NCBI GenBank assembly: GCA_045578245.1
Contig: JAZNJX010000098.1
Span: forward strand, 1,188 to 65,187
Direction: 5' to 3'
Origin: Candidatus Fimenecus sp.
Lineage (GTDB): Bacteria; Bacillota; Clostridia; Oscillospirales; Acutalibacteraceae
Length of the DNA: 64,000 nucleotides
The notes under the pieces are model-generated. The model worked only from the letters and a program-made list of their open reading frames with translations. It did no database searches and was not told where the DNA came from. Every line of letters begins with the position of its first letter. Position 1 is the stretch's first letter. Both the position numbers and the translations under genes were made by a program. Shown here piece after piece: positions 28,572-37,599 of this stretch.

Positions 28572-29555
28572 TTAAATCCAATTTTGCATATATGAACTAC
28601 AAATTTCATCGATAGTCATTGAATAATCATAATACTCAAAACTATCCTTTTTAGGCCTAAAGACATAGCCTTTTTCTTTCTTTTTATATAAATCTTGCAA
28701 TTTGCTATCAATACAAGTATCAAAACATGAATATGGTGCAGGATTTGTATAAAATTTACTGTTTTTTGCTTTTTCTAAAAATTCCATTGCTTCATCTAAT
28801 TTGTTTTGCTTTCTTAAACAGGTTGCTATTTCGACATATCCAGCAGGTAATTGTGGTTGTAGTTCAATTGATTTTTTATAAAAACTTATTGCTTTTTCAA
28901 AATCATGACACTGTTCATACAGAGAACCTAGAGAAGTGTTAATACTATTAAAGAAAACAGCGTTTTCATTTAATTCAAAGCATTTTTCATAATGATGAAT
29001 AGCTAATATACGATATTTAGCACCCCAAAATTCGTAGATGCGAGCACATTCCCATTGAGATGCAAAATTGTTGATATCGTAGCAATCCTTTAAAATTTTA
29101 CATTGTTGCTCTGTTTCCGTTCTGCGAAGTTTTTTATATTCTTCAGCGGTAAATGGTGGACCGTGTCCAATAATATCATCAAATGATGAATTAACAGAAA
29201 CAGATACTTCAAGAGGAAGTTCGATAGTTTCTTCTGCAATAACTTCTTGTTCAATCGATTCAGCAGGAATTTGAATTATTTTATTGTTATTCGTTTCTAA
29301 TGTTGTTTGTATTATCTTATTCTTTTCTTGTTTATCTTTTTTCTCATTTTCTCGTTCTTGTTTAAGCTTTTCAGCATTCCTTTCCATTTCAGCGGACTTT
29401 TCCTTTATATATTTTTTTATTGCGGGAAAAACATCATACTGCAAAAAGGGGATAAAGGTATCAACAATCCAATTAAATAGTAACGGAATAAGTTGACACA
29501 ATATCCAGATAGGTAATGCTATTGGAAAAAAAAGAATAAATAAAAATGTCTTCAT
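28572..29555 (-). CDS. membrane-anchored coiled-coil/TPR-repeat protein (lysogeny-module cargo)
   Basis: N-terminal hydrophobic segment, a K/E-rich coiled coil and C-terminal TPR-like helices (AISFYKKSIELQPQLPAGYVEIATCLRKQNKLDEAMEFLEKA). Confidence 0.6.
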   Translation of the reverse strand: MKTFLFILFFPIALPIWILCQLIPLLFNWIVDTFIPFLQYDVFPAIKKYIKEKSAEMERNAEKLKQERENEKKDKQEKNKIIQTTLETNNNKIIQIPAESIEQEVIAEETIELPLEVSVSVNSSFDDIIGHGPPFTAEEYKKLRRTETEQQCKILKDCYDINNFASQWECARIYEFWGAKYRILAIHHYEKCFELNENAVFFNSINTSLGSLYEQCHDFEKAISFYKKSIELQPQLPAGYVEIATCLRKQNKLDEAMEFLEKAKNSKFYTNPAPYSCFDTCIDSKLQDLYKKKEKGYVFRPKKDSFEYYDYSMTIDEICSSYMQNWI

Positions 29556-29568
29556 ACTTTAACCGACC

Positions 29569-30189
29569 TTAAAACTTTGCTCTTAATTCGACTACCTTTC
29601 CAAGAATTTGGACAGGTAGTTTTTCTATTTGTTCATTTGTATAGGTCATAACATCGTAAGCGGGGTTGCTTGGAATAAGATTTATACCGCCGTTGAATTT
29701 CTGTACCTTTTTAATTGTAGCTTCGTCACCGTTTACAAGAACAATAGCAATCTCTCCGTTCTCAACATCTGGCTGTTTGCGAACTATAACAACATCACCA
29801 TCGCTGATTTTAGGCTCCATACTGTCACCCTTAATCTGCAAACCAAAGAATTCGCCCTGATGTGCCATATCCTCACTAATTTCTTCATAATCAATTATGT
29901 ATTCAACTGCATCCATTGGAATACCAGCACGAACTAAACCGAGAACGGGAACCTTGACAGCGGATTTTTTACTGAAATCTTTTCTATATGAATCATAACC
30001 AGCTATTACACCAGGTGTAATTTTTAAAATTTGGGACAACAATGCGATTTTATCTCGACCCATATTTGCAATATTACCTGATTCCCACCGTGAAACAGTT
30101 GCTTCACTTACTCCAACATAGTCTGCGACCTGCTTCATTGTCAATTTTAGTTCTTTTCTTCTGCTTCGAAGCAACTCATTTGTATTCAC
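29569..30189 (-). CDS. CI/LexA-like repressor (XRE HTH + S24 peptidase domain)
   Basis: HTH LTMKQVADYVGVSEATVSRWESG, with GDSMEP and the downstream K of the S24 autoprotease. GTG 30189 preferred, since the first GTG (30198) lies inside the SD AAGAGGTG. Confidence 0.85.
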   Translation of the reverse strand: MNTNELLRSRRKELKLTMKQVADYVGVSEATVSRWESGNIANMGRDKIALLSQILKITPGVIAGYDSYRKDFSKKSAVKVPVLGLVRAGIPMDAVEYIIDYEEISEDMAHQGEFFGLQIKGDSMEPKISDGDVVIVRKQPDVENGEIAIVLVNGDEATIKKVQKFNGGINLIPSNPAYDVMTYTNEQIEKLPVQILGKVVELRAKF

Positions 30190-30221
30190 TTTTTTCACCT
30201 CTTATTATGTATTGTAATCGT

Positions 30222-30250
30222 ATTATAACTATTTTTTTGCGAAAATGCAA
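30222..30250 (-). promoter_or_regulatory. candidate repressor (PRM-like) promoter
   Basis: Minus strand reads TTGCAT, 17 nt, TATAAT; the -35 overlaps operator O1. Confidence 0.5.
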
Positions 30251-30289
30251 GTTTTTTTGAAGAAAAAAGAAAAAACTTGCGAAAATGTA

Positions 30290-30318
30290 TTGACAAGGCA
30301 AAATTGATTTGATATTAT
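30290..30318 (+). promoter_or_regulatory. candidate early rightward (PR-like) promoter
   Basis: TTGACA, 17 nt, TATTAT; the -35 abuts operator O2. Confidence 0.55.
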
Positions 30319-30352
30319 TAACTTACGGAAACGCAAGAAAGAGGTGAAAAGA

Positions 30353-30571
30353 ATGAAAGTAGGCGAGTTTAGACCTGAATTATTGGAATCTGAAATGGTA
30401 AAGAAAAAAATGAATCCAGAATCTTTATCAAACGAATTAGGCATTAATCCAAGTACATATTACCGAAAGATTAATGGCGAGAGCGAATTTAATCGTCAAG
30501 AAATGGCTATTATTAGATATGTATTAGGTCTATCTAGTGATGATATGGATTCTATTTTTTTTGCTTCGTAA
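30353..30571 (+). CDS. Cro-like small HTH regulator
   Basis: 72 aa. SLSNELGINPSTYYRKINGE HTH; divergent from the repressor; ATG 30353 follows GAGGTG. Confidence 0.7.
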   Translation: MKVGEFRPELLESEMVKKKMNPESLSNELGINPSTYYRKINGESEFNRQEMAIIRYVLGLSSDDMDSIFFAS

Positions 30572-30595
30572 CTTACGGAAACGCAAGAAACCGCA

Positions 30596-30801
30596 TCACA
30601 GGGCTTTTCCGCCGTATAGGCTGAAAACATTTTTCTTAATTAATTTTTTGCAAAAATTTGTACAACTTGTGTGAATCTGCCACCGACTCTCCAGAGTTGC
30701 TTATCTGCTTTATGACCTGAGCAATCATAAAGTGAGAATCTCCTTAAATTATATATAACATTTTACATAGCATCAGTCTGTACGGTGGAAAAGCTCTGTG
30801 A
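30596..30801 (+). promoter_or_regulatory. highly structured leader / possible ncRNA: 29-bp long-range stem enclosing 148 nt
   Basis: 30596-30624 pairs with 30773-30801. That is 25 Watson-Crick pairs plus 4 G-U (602/795, 611/786, 617/780, 620/777). An internal 8-bp hairpin lies at 30708-30732. Confidence 0.4.
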
Positions 30802-30826
30802 AGAAAAAGAAAAGGAAGGTGAATTT

Positions 30827-31027
30827 ATGCCTGGTCCAATAATGACACCACAAGAGGTGTGTGAAGAACTGCGAGAACTGGGAGTGTCAACATCAGCTGA
30901 CAAGATAAGAGCCGGTATTGAGCAAGGCGCTTATGATTTTGGTGTAGTTATTCACTTAACTTCACCCTGTTTTGAAATCTATAGAAAGAAGTTTGAACAG
31001 TGGGTTAAGGAAAATATTAAGCAATAA
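30827..31027 (+). CDS. small excisionase/MerR-like HTH protein
   Basis: MTPQEVCEELRELGVSTSADKIRAGIEQG pattern. ATG 30827 follows AAGGAAGGTG. Confidence 0.4.
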   Translation: MPGPIMTPQEVCEELRELGVSTSADKIRAGIEQGAYDFGVVIHLTSPCFEIYRKKFEQWVKENIKQ

Positions 31028-31038
31028 GGAGTGACTAA

Positions 31039-31245
31039 ATGCGGAAATTTGTAAATTATCAAGGTGAAACGGTTGAAATTTTTGCAGAGCCTTTCCGAAC
31101 AAAAACAAAATCACCAAAGTGGATATTGAGGTTTAAATCACCAAAAGGTGATGTTACCAGTATTGAAACAGTTGACTCTGAAGATGAAATCGGTGGGGTA
31201 CTCAATAAACACGGTGACGGTATATGGATAGAAAAGGCAACGTGA
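31039..31245 (+). CDS. hypothetical protein
   Basis: 68-aa ORF with RBS AAGGAG, in the early operon. Confidence 0.5.
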   Translation: MRKFVNYQGETVEIFAEPFRTKTKSPKWILRFKSPKGDVTSIETVDSEDEIGGVLNKHGDGIWIEKAT

Positions 31246-31454
31246 TACCGCATTCAAAAAAATATGCCGGATGCACAGCCAAAATTCAAACCTTAAGAAA
31301 CGGAAGAGTCACGTTAACTGTTTATGATAAGGAAATGAAGATGGTTCTGCATAGGGAATGTGAGTCTAAAGAAGATGCTAAACGTCTTCTACAGCTCAGC
31401 GGTCAGCAGTTCCAAAAGGTGCAGGAAACAATAATTTATGTAGTAAAGGAGTGA
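31224..31454 (+). CDS. hypothetical protein
   Basis: 76-aa ORF contiguous with its neighbours; start uncertain. Confidence 0.45.
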   Translation: MDRKGNVIPHSKKYAGCTAKIQTLRNGRVTLTVYDKEMKMVLHRECESKEDAKRLLQLSGQQFQKVQETIIYVVKE

Positions 31455-31867
31455 AAGGGACAATGCGTTTTATTATTATATTGCTTGTAGGTTTACTCTT
31501 TGGTGTGCCTCTAATATATGGATATACCAAAGAAGATGAAATTAAAGCATGGGAACAACGAACCAAAATAAAGTTGTTTCGCTACGTATACAACAAAATA
31601 GTTGCTTATGAGAATCGGCGAGATATGAAAAAGTCAGGTGTCAAGCCACAAGATGTAACAAGTGCTTTATTTGAAGATGCTTATCATTATTATGATGGCT
31701 ACAAAACAGTTAAAAACTTTATAGGTAATGAAGACCATGAGTTAGTCGCAGGTGTAAGAAATAAGTGTTTTGCCTGCTTTAGGGTTATCAAAGACAGTGG
31801 TTTAGGCGACCTGTTTTTGGAATTCGTTGAAAAGAAGCAAAAAAATAACCGTGTCAGCGGGAACTAA
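31451..31867 (+). CDS. hypothetical membrane-anchored protein
   Basis: 138 aa with an N-terminal TM (FIIILLVGLLFGVPLIYGY). Confidence 0.55.
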   Translation: MKGTMRFIIILLVGLLFGVPLIYGYTKEDEIKAWEQRTKIKLFRYVYNKIVAYENRRDMKKSGVKPQDVTSALFEDAYHYYDGYKTVKNFIGNEDHELVAGVRNKCFACFRVIKDSGLGDLFLEFVEKKQKNNRVSGN

Positions 31868-31879
31868 CACGGCTATATA

Positions 31880-31924
31880 AAGGAAGTCATAATAAACCTC
31901 ACAAATTTATTATAACTTCCTTTT
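31880..31924 (+). terminator. rho-independent terminator-like hairpin
   Basis: 17-bp stem aaggaagtcataataaa/tttattataacttcctt (1 mismatch), 9-nt loop, followed by tt. Confidence 0.45.
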
Positions 31925-31970
31925 ACAAATTTGTCAAATAAAAAACGCATCAGCGGAAAGAAGGAAGATT

Positions 31971-32528
31971 ATGAAAATTAAAAAGATTATTGATTTAATC
32001 AAAAAAAGCGGAGTCCTTGCTATTTATGAAAGTAAGGATTGTCAGTGGTTATCAGACGGACATGCAACATATCCTGTGACGGACCTTCCTGAGATTTGTT
32101 CGGTTACATTATGTGCGATGTATGATATCACGGCTAAACAAGCAGATAAGTTAAGAATCATTGACCGAATTGCTTTACCAACAACATGTAATTATGCAGA
32201 CACAGTTGAAGATGAAAAGATTATTCCGGAGTGTCCTATTGAATTTGTTGTAGGTGATAAAAGACTTGTTGCCTATGCAACATCACAAGGTATTGCATTT
32301 TTAGATAAAAGATATTTAACACCGTTCTCTGATATGAATGAAAATATGCTTCGTGTGTATGAGAGATATACAGCTGATGGTGATTTATATTTTGTTGTTA
32401 AAAATGGCTTTATGTTAGTAGGTGTTATCGAACCTGCAAAAGTCATTAACGTTGATTTTGTGGCAAGTATTAAATCAATGGCAACCGCCTGTGAAATTGC
32501 CCTGCAGAATGTGAAAGAAGAGGTGTAG
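31971..32528 (+). CDS. hypothetical protein
   Basis: 185-aa ORF, RBS GAAGGAAG, no recognisable motif. Confidence 0.55.
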   Translation: MKIKKIIDLIKKSGVLAIYESKDCQWLSDGHATYPVTDLPEICSVTLCAMYDITAKQADKLRIIDRIALPTTCNYADTVEDEKIIPECPIEFVVGDKRLVAYATSQGIAFLDKRYLTPFSDMNENMLRVYERYTADGDLYFVVKNGFMLVGVIEPAKVINVDFVASIKSMATACEIALQNVKEEV

Positions 32529-32531
32529 GGT

Positions 32532-32894
32532 ATGTATAGAGAAAAAGCTATAGAGAAGCTCAATAACGAGCTTAAAAACTTTAAGAGCAATGATAGATAT
32601 GCAAAAGCGGTTAAAAAAGAAGTTGCAAGTACCTTAAAAATATTTTGTCAGCAGGATGAAGAGTTTGCACAAGCTATTGTGCAGACAGATAAAACACTTT
32701 CAGACTGTTGTGAGACAATTATGAAAGGTACCGGGAATAGTGTTTCTGATATTGAAGTATATAAAAAAGCAGTCAATTTTTATTTTGCCGGCGCAGATAT
32801 TAAAGTGACAATGGAAATCGACCTTATAGGTTCAGCTGCCGAAAGCAAACCACAGGGCAAGGTTATCAAATTGTCTATTAATGATTTATTTTAA
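32532..32894 (+). CDS. PcfK-like protein (family containing the Cas9 inhibitor AcrIIA9, by recall)
   Basis: 120 aa. The pattern LKIFCQQDEEFAQAIVQTDKTLSDCCETIMKG...IEVYKKAVNFYF matches my memory of PcfK-like sequences. Followed by a PcfJ-like gene, as on conjugative elements. Confidence 0.5.
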   Translation: MYREKAIEKLNNELKNFKSNDRYAKAVKKEVASTLKIFCQQDEEFAQAIVQTDKTLSDCCETIMKGTGNSVSDIEVYKKAVNFYFAGADIKVTMEIDLIGSAAESKPQGKVIKLSINDLF

Positions 32895-32899
32895 GGTGG

Positions 32900-34569
32900 G
32901 TGGAAGAAATGACTGACACAAATTCAAAACAATATATTATGGATAACCTTCCTGAGCTTACAGACGAAGACTATCAAGAAATAAACGCCTTATTTCCTGC
33001 GTATCTGTTTTTCAAAGATGACAGAAAAGAAGAACATTTTGAGTGTTATTGTAGTGCTTGTAGAGAGCAATTTAATTATGATTACACCCAAAGAACAGAA
33101 ACACAACAACATTATGATTTTTTGCAGATTCAGCATAATCAAAAAATTGCTTGCCCTAAATGCGGTAAGTTTGTTATTGCTAAAGAAATATGTAAAGCAA
33201 AACAGTGTATTTCATTAAAATCGTGGAGAAGAACTGTAGTTATTAAGCGAATCAGCGAAAGTGAAGTGTATCTCATAAGTTATGAGTGCAAAAAAGATTA
33301 CTCATATAAACACTATCTTACAAAACCACATTGTTATTTAACTGCAGTATATATTTTAAAACCGGAACAGGTAAGAATCATACTGAGAAATTGGTACAAC
33401 GACTGGGAAAATCCAAAAATAATTGAACCATTTTTCAACGGATATGGCAGCAATACAACAAATATGGAAGAGCGAAAGTATAGGTTACTTGGTCAAGATA
33501 GGTTAAAAGACACGTTTTTAAAATATGCTCCAATTAAACTCTTCCACGAAACATATATTAGATGGTATTACGGAGTACATGCAGGATATTATTTGGCGGC
33601 GGATTCAGGATATGTGCCATTTACTAAATTTTTATGTTACTACACATTATACCCAAGTACCGAAAAACTTTTGAAAATTGATTTGGGTGGTTTTGTATGT
33701 CAGTTGATAGATGGTAAACCGATGAAAAGATACATTAATTGGAACGCGGAAAAGCCACAAGAAATGTTCAAAATGAATAGAGTACAGTTCAAAGATTTCA
33801 GAGAACATTATTCTGGTGAAATGGATTTTAAAGTGTATCAAAACTTAAAAAAAGTAAAAAGCAATATTTCATATTCTTATGTTGCCGAGATAGTAAAAAA
33901 ATACAGAGGAGTTTCTGTGGAACGTGTGTCTGTGATGGTAAAAAGTACAAGCTTAATGTTACACGAACCTTTAATTATCTTGAAAAAATTGTTTCTTCAG
34001 AAATTGCAAAGATGTGTAAACCGCTATATACAGCTCAGGTATATGAAAATATAGCAATTCAGTGGGTTGATTATTTAACTTTTGCTAAAGAGTTAAAGTA
34101 TGATTTGACTCGTGATGATGTTATTTACCCAAAGAATTTAATTGAAGCCCATGACCAAGCAAACGCCAATCTTACTGTTAAAAGAGATGAAAAGGCTTTT
34201 GAGCAGTATAAGAAAAGATATGAAACATTAAAGAAAAAATATGAGTTCTCTGATGATACATATCAAATTGTTATACCTACTGGAGTAAACGACATTATAG
34301 AAGAAGGGCAAAAACTTTTTCATTGCGTTAAGGGTTATGCAGAAAGACATATGAAAGGTGAAACTACTATTTTGTTTATGCGTGAGTGTTGTCTTCATAA
34401 TGCTCGTCTTATAACAATTGAAATTAAGGATAAAACGATTGTTCAAAATCGTGGTATGGCCAATCGACCACCAACAAAACAAGAGCAAGCCTTTATTGAT
34501 AAATGGATTGCGTGGGTTCAGGCAGGTAGCAAACGACCTAAAAAGAAAAAGACCGCATCAGCGGCATAA
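32900..34569 (+). pseudogene. PcfJ-like protein interrupted by a frameshift (ORFs 32900-34054 and 34012-34569)
   Basis: The C-terminal ORF carries EEGQKLFHCVKGYAERHMKGETTILFMR...IVQNRGMANRPPT (PcfJ-like core). The downstream frame is open from 33820, so the shift lies in 33820-34054. A-runs occur at 33895-33901 and 33940-33944. Confidence 0.55.
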
Positions 34570-34581
34570 AGGAGATTTATT

Positions 34582-35622
34582 ATGAGTGACATTATAAATA
34601 TTGAAGCAAAAGATGTGACAGAAGTATATGAAGATGCTTTGCAGACACATCAACGTATTATGGCAAACAGTGAAATTTGTGCACGTTCTCTTCTTGAGGT
34701 GTGCAAGGACCTTAAAAAGATGCGAGATGAAAAGCTGTATGAACAGTTCGGATATGAAACATTTGATAACTACTGCGAAAACATGGCAGGCATCAAATCT
34801 CGTATGGCATATAACTACATATCTACATTTGAACGTCTTGGTGCTACAGTTTTGCAATCAAATGCAAATCTCGGTATTACAAAGCTTGAACTTATAGCCG
34901 GGATGAATCCTGTGGAACGTGCTGAAGGTCTTCATGACGGTACCTTTGAGGGTATGTCAGTTTCTGAAATTAAAGAGTTAGTTAAAAAGAACAAAGAAAT
35001 GGGAGAACAGATTGACCTTCTTAAAGAACAACTTGAAGAAATACAGTCAACGGACAATGTATCAGAAGATTGTAATGAGTCAGCGGATGAAGATACCGAA
35101 AAGGAAGATTTAAAGCGAAAGAACGAAGAACTTATTAAAATTCTTCACGAAAAAGATAGTCAACATGAAAAAGAGCTTAATTCTATGCGTGAAAAAATTG
35201 AGGACGAGCTTCGTGAAGAGATTGAAAAAGAATATCAGCAGGTAGTTGATGAGGTAACAGATACCGCAGAAATGAATGCTGATGTTCAAAAGCAGATTGA
35301 TGCAGCTGTTGCTAATGCTAAAAAGGAAACCGAGAAAGAGTTGAAGGCAAAGTATTCTGAAAAGGATAAAAAGCAGAAAGAAAAAATCAAGGAACTTGAA
35401 GAAGCTATGTCTGTTGCAGATGCTGACAAAAAGACACTTGAAAAGCAGTTGGCTTTGTCCGATACAACTTCTGCAAAGGCTATGGTGTATATCCAGTCCA
35501 TTCAGGATAACTTTAACTCTCTCTTTAATCTTATATCTGAAATGGACGAAGAGCAGCAGAACAAGTTCAAGGGTGCAGTTGTTAAACTCACCAATGTCAT
35601 GCAGGAAAAAGCAGAGTCTTGA
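34582..35622 (+). CDS. DUF3102-like N-terminal domain / long acidic coiled-coil protein
   Basis: 346 aa. N-terminal LLEVCKDLKKMRDEKLYEQFGYETFDNYCENMAGIKSRMAYNYISTFERLG, then E/K-rich coiled coil. Confidence 0.45.
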   Translation: MSDIINIEAKDVTEVYEDALQTHQRIMANSEICARSLLEVCKDLKKMRDEKLYEQFGYETFDNYCENMAGIKSRMAYNYISTFERLGATVLQSNANLGITKLELIAGMNPVERAEGLHDGTFEGMSVSEIKELVKKNKEMGEQIDLLKEQLEEIQSTDNVSEDCNESADEDTEKEDLKRKNEELIKILHEKDSQHEKELNSMREKIEDELREEIEKEYQQVVDEVTDTAEMNADVQKQIDAAVANAKKETEKELKAKYSEKDKKQKEKIKELEEAMSVADADKKTLEKQLALSDTTSAKAMVYIQSIQDNFNSLFNLISEMDEEQQNKFKGAVVKLTNVMQEKAES

Positions 35623-35855
35623 CTATGAATTACATAAGACTGATGGAACTGAATAAAGGAAATGACCTGTTGGTACAGAATAATAAGTATGGATATAGAT
35701 TAAATCTTAAACATCCTACTGTTCTTCAGTTATATAAAAAGTACCGGGAGTGGTTAAAGATTCCTGCAGGTTTTCCTTTATCCGATAATGAACGCTTTGA
35801 TTTCGAGGATAAGGCTATAGCAAAACTTATAAAGCATGAATTATTGATTATTTAA
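35619..35855 (+). CDS. hypothetical protein
   Basis: 78-aa ORF overlapping the upstream stop (ATGA-type coupling). Confidence 0.5.
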   Translation: MTMNYIRLMELNKGNDLLVQNNKYGYRLNLKHPTVLQLYKKYREWLKIPAGFPLSDNERFDFEDKAIAKLIKHELLII

Positions 35856-35905
35856 AGATAACCTGCATCTTTTTATAGAAGGTGCAGGTTTCAATAGGTG
35901 AAAGT

Positions 35906-36511
35906 ATGAAAAAAGCAGTTTTAATAAGTGTACAACCTTATTGGTGTCAAAATATATGCTATCGAATTGGTGAGTATGCAGAAGACTTACCAATTTATAA
36001 AAAAGGTGTTGAAATCAGAAAAACAAGACCAAAAATTGAAACACCTTTTAAGGCATATATTTATTGTACAAAAGACAAAAAGCACACATTTTTTCCACCA
36101 ATATCGCAACAAGTCTTAAATGAAACTCCACATATAGATAGACGAGGTAACGGCAAAGTCATAGGTGAGTTTATTTGTGATGATATTGCAAAGATTATCA
36201 AGGATGGTAGTCGTTTTATTGCTGAAGGTCGTACTGAAGCAGAAACAAACCGTATTGCTCGTTTTTCTTGTCTTGATTTTGATGCTATGAAAAAGTATCT
36301 CGGTGTGAAAGATGGATATGCTTGGCATATATCAAAGCTTGTAATCTATGACAAACCCAAAGAGTTGAATAAGTTTAAGAAAATCAATCAGCCGTGTTGG
36401 TATGGTGAAATGGGAATTTCAAAAAGAGATTGTCCCGAATGTAAAAACAAAGAGTGTTTTATACAAAGACCGCCACAGTCTTGGTGTTATGTAGAGGAGT
36501 TGAGCGAATGA
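35906..36511 (+). CDS. ASCH (PUA-like) domain protein with C-terminal Cys cluster
   Basis: MKKAVLISVQPYWCQNI...GVEIRKTRPK is typical of the ASCH N-terminus. CPECKNKEC near the end. Confidence 0.5.
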   Translation: MKKAVLISVQPYWCQNICYRIGEYAEDLPIYKKGVEIRKTRPKIETPFKAYIYCTKDKKHTFFPPISQQVLNETPHIDRRGNGKVIGEFICDDIAKIIKDGSRFIAEGRTEAETNRIARFSCLDFDAMKKYLGVKDGYAWHISKLVIYDKPKELNKFKKINQPCWYGEMGISKRDCPECKNKECFIQRPPQSWCYVEELSE

Positions 36512-37113
36512 CACCAGAAAAAGCAATTGAAGCAATAAAAATTGAAAAAATCAGTATCGAAGGAAAAGCTGAAAGAGTTGCAGAATTTTTTGAAGGATTA
36601 TCTGTTGCAAAAACCGCCCTTGAAAAGATGATGGCGAAAAAGCCCTCTTGGGTTGACAGCGTTCCACATAGTAGATGCCCGGTTTGTCACAATGCAGTAG
36701 CAGTTTATATTGACAGTCCAAAACTACCTTGTTATTGGTGTGGTCAAGAATTAGATTGGGGTGATGTAGTAGAACCCAAAAAGGAAGTATATATCAACGT
36801 TGATAAATTGAGTAAATTATTTGCGAGTCATTCTGATTATCATGGTGATACGATTCTCTCTTTGATTTCTTGTGTGTCTGAAGGTAAGGAAGTTTCTTCA
36901 GCAAGACCATTAGATACAGATAGAATTAAACTCGAAGCGATAAAAGAGTACCAGAAAAAACTGATTTATGAAATTGTAAACAGACCGCCTGAAAAGGCTC
37001 CTAACGGTATTTTCTATATGAACGGTCGTGTGGACCGTCAAAGTGAAATAATTGATATTATAAACGAATTGGCAGGTGCATATTTTGAAAATCAAAAAGA
37101 AAATAAAACCTAA
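36508..37113 (+). CDS. hypothetical zinc-ribbon protein
   Basis: ATG 36508 overlaps the upstream stop. CPVCHNAV...CYWCGQEL. Confidence 0.55.
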   Translation: MTPEKAIEAIKIEKISIEGKAERVAEFFEGLSVAKTALEKMMAKKPSWVDSVPHSRCPVCHNAVAVYIDSPKLPCYWCGQELDWGDVVEPKKEVYINVDKLSKLFASHSDYHGDTILSLISCVSEGKEVSSARPLDTDRIKLEAIKEYQKKLIYEIVNRPPEKAPNGIFYMNGRVDRQSEIIDIINELAGAYFENQKENKT

Positions 37114-37294
37114 AAAATCGGTTTTAATCAGATACAAAAAGCGTTGTAACAATTGTGTACATAAAGACACAAGCTGTTTTGTGGATTGGTCTGACAAAAC
37201 AGTTCGCACAAAGTTTTTTAACTTCGGACAAGCTGAGGACATTAAAGACGTTGACCACTGCCGATTCTATTCAAGAAAGTTGGGGGATAAATGA
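37076..37294 (+). CDS. small basic Cys-rich hypothetical protein
   Basis: 72-aa ORF; start uncertain (TTG 37085 is also possible). Confidence 0.4.
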   Translation: MHILKIKKKIKPKKSVLIRYKKRCNNCVHKDTSCFVDWSDKTVRTKFFNFGQAEDIKDVDHCRFYSRKLGDK

Positions 37295-37599
37295 GCAAAT
37301 ATCAGTATCATAGAGGTTATTGCATTCTGTGTGGCAAGGATTTGCCTAAAAGGGATATGAATAAAATAATGATTTCATATTCGCATAGTAGTGTAACTTA
37401 TCCGAGAATGGTGTGTTCTGTTTGTGATGATTGTTTACCTCAACTCTTTGATAATTTAGGGGTCAAAGAACCTGAAAGAGAGATAAACTTTGGTAAACCA
37501 CCGGCATACTGCTTTGAGTGCGGAACAACAACCAGCAAGACAGCTTTGTACTGTAAGAATTGCGGTGCGAAGTTAAACAGAGGTGACAACAATGATTAA
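37291..37599 (+). CDS. double zinc-ribbon hypothetical protein
   Basis: CILCGKDL, CSVCDDC and CFECG...YCKNCGAKL. Confidence 0.55.
   Translation: MSKYQYHRGYCILCGKDLPKRDMNKIMISYSHSSVTYPRMVCSVCDDCLPQLFDNLGVKEPEREINFGKPPAYCFECGTTTSKTALYCKNCGAKLNRGDNND

Larger units (their letters stand above)
30236..30590. promoter_or_regulatory. four related ~16-bp operator-like sites, including a 22-bp perfect repeat flanking cro
   Basis: tttgcgaaaatgcaag (30236-51), cttgcgaaaatgtatt (30276-91), cttacggaaacgcaag (30322-37) and the same sequence at 30572-87. taacttacggaaacgcaagaaa is identical at 30319-30340 and 30569-30590. Confidence 0.55.

Noticed and set aside
30596-30801. Invertible promoter (inverton) reading of the 29-bp inverted repeats
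   Set aside because: Not excluded, but less favoured. No invertase gene lies nearby, and all four mismatches are G-U only on the plus strand, which points to RNA pairing.
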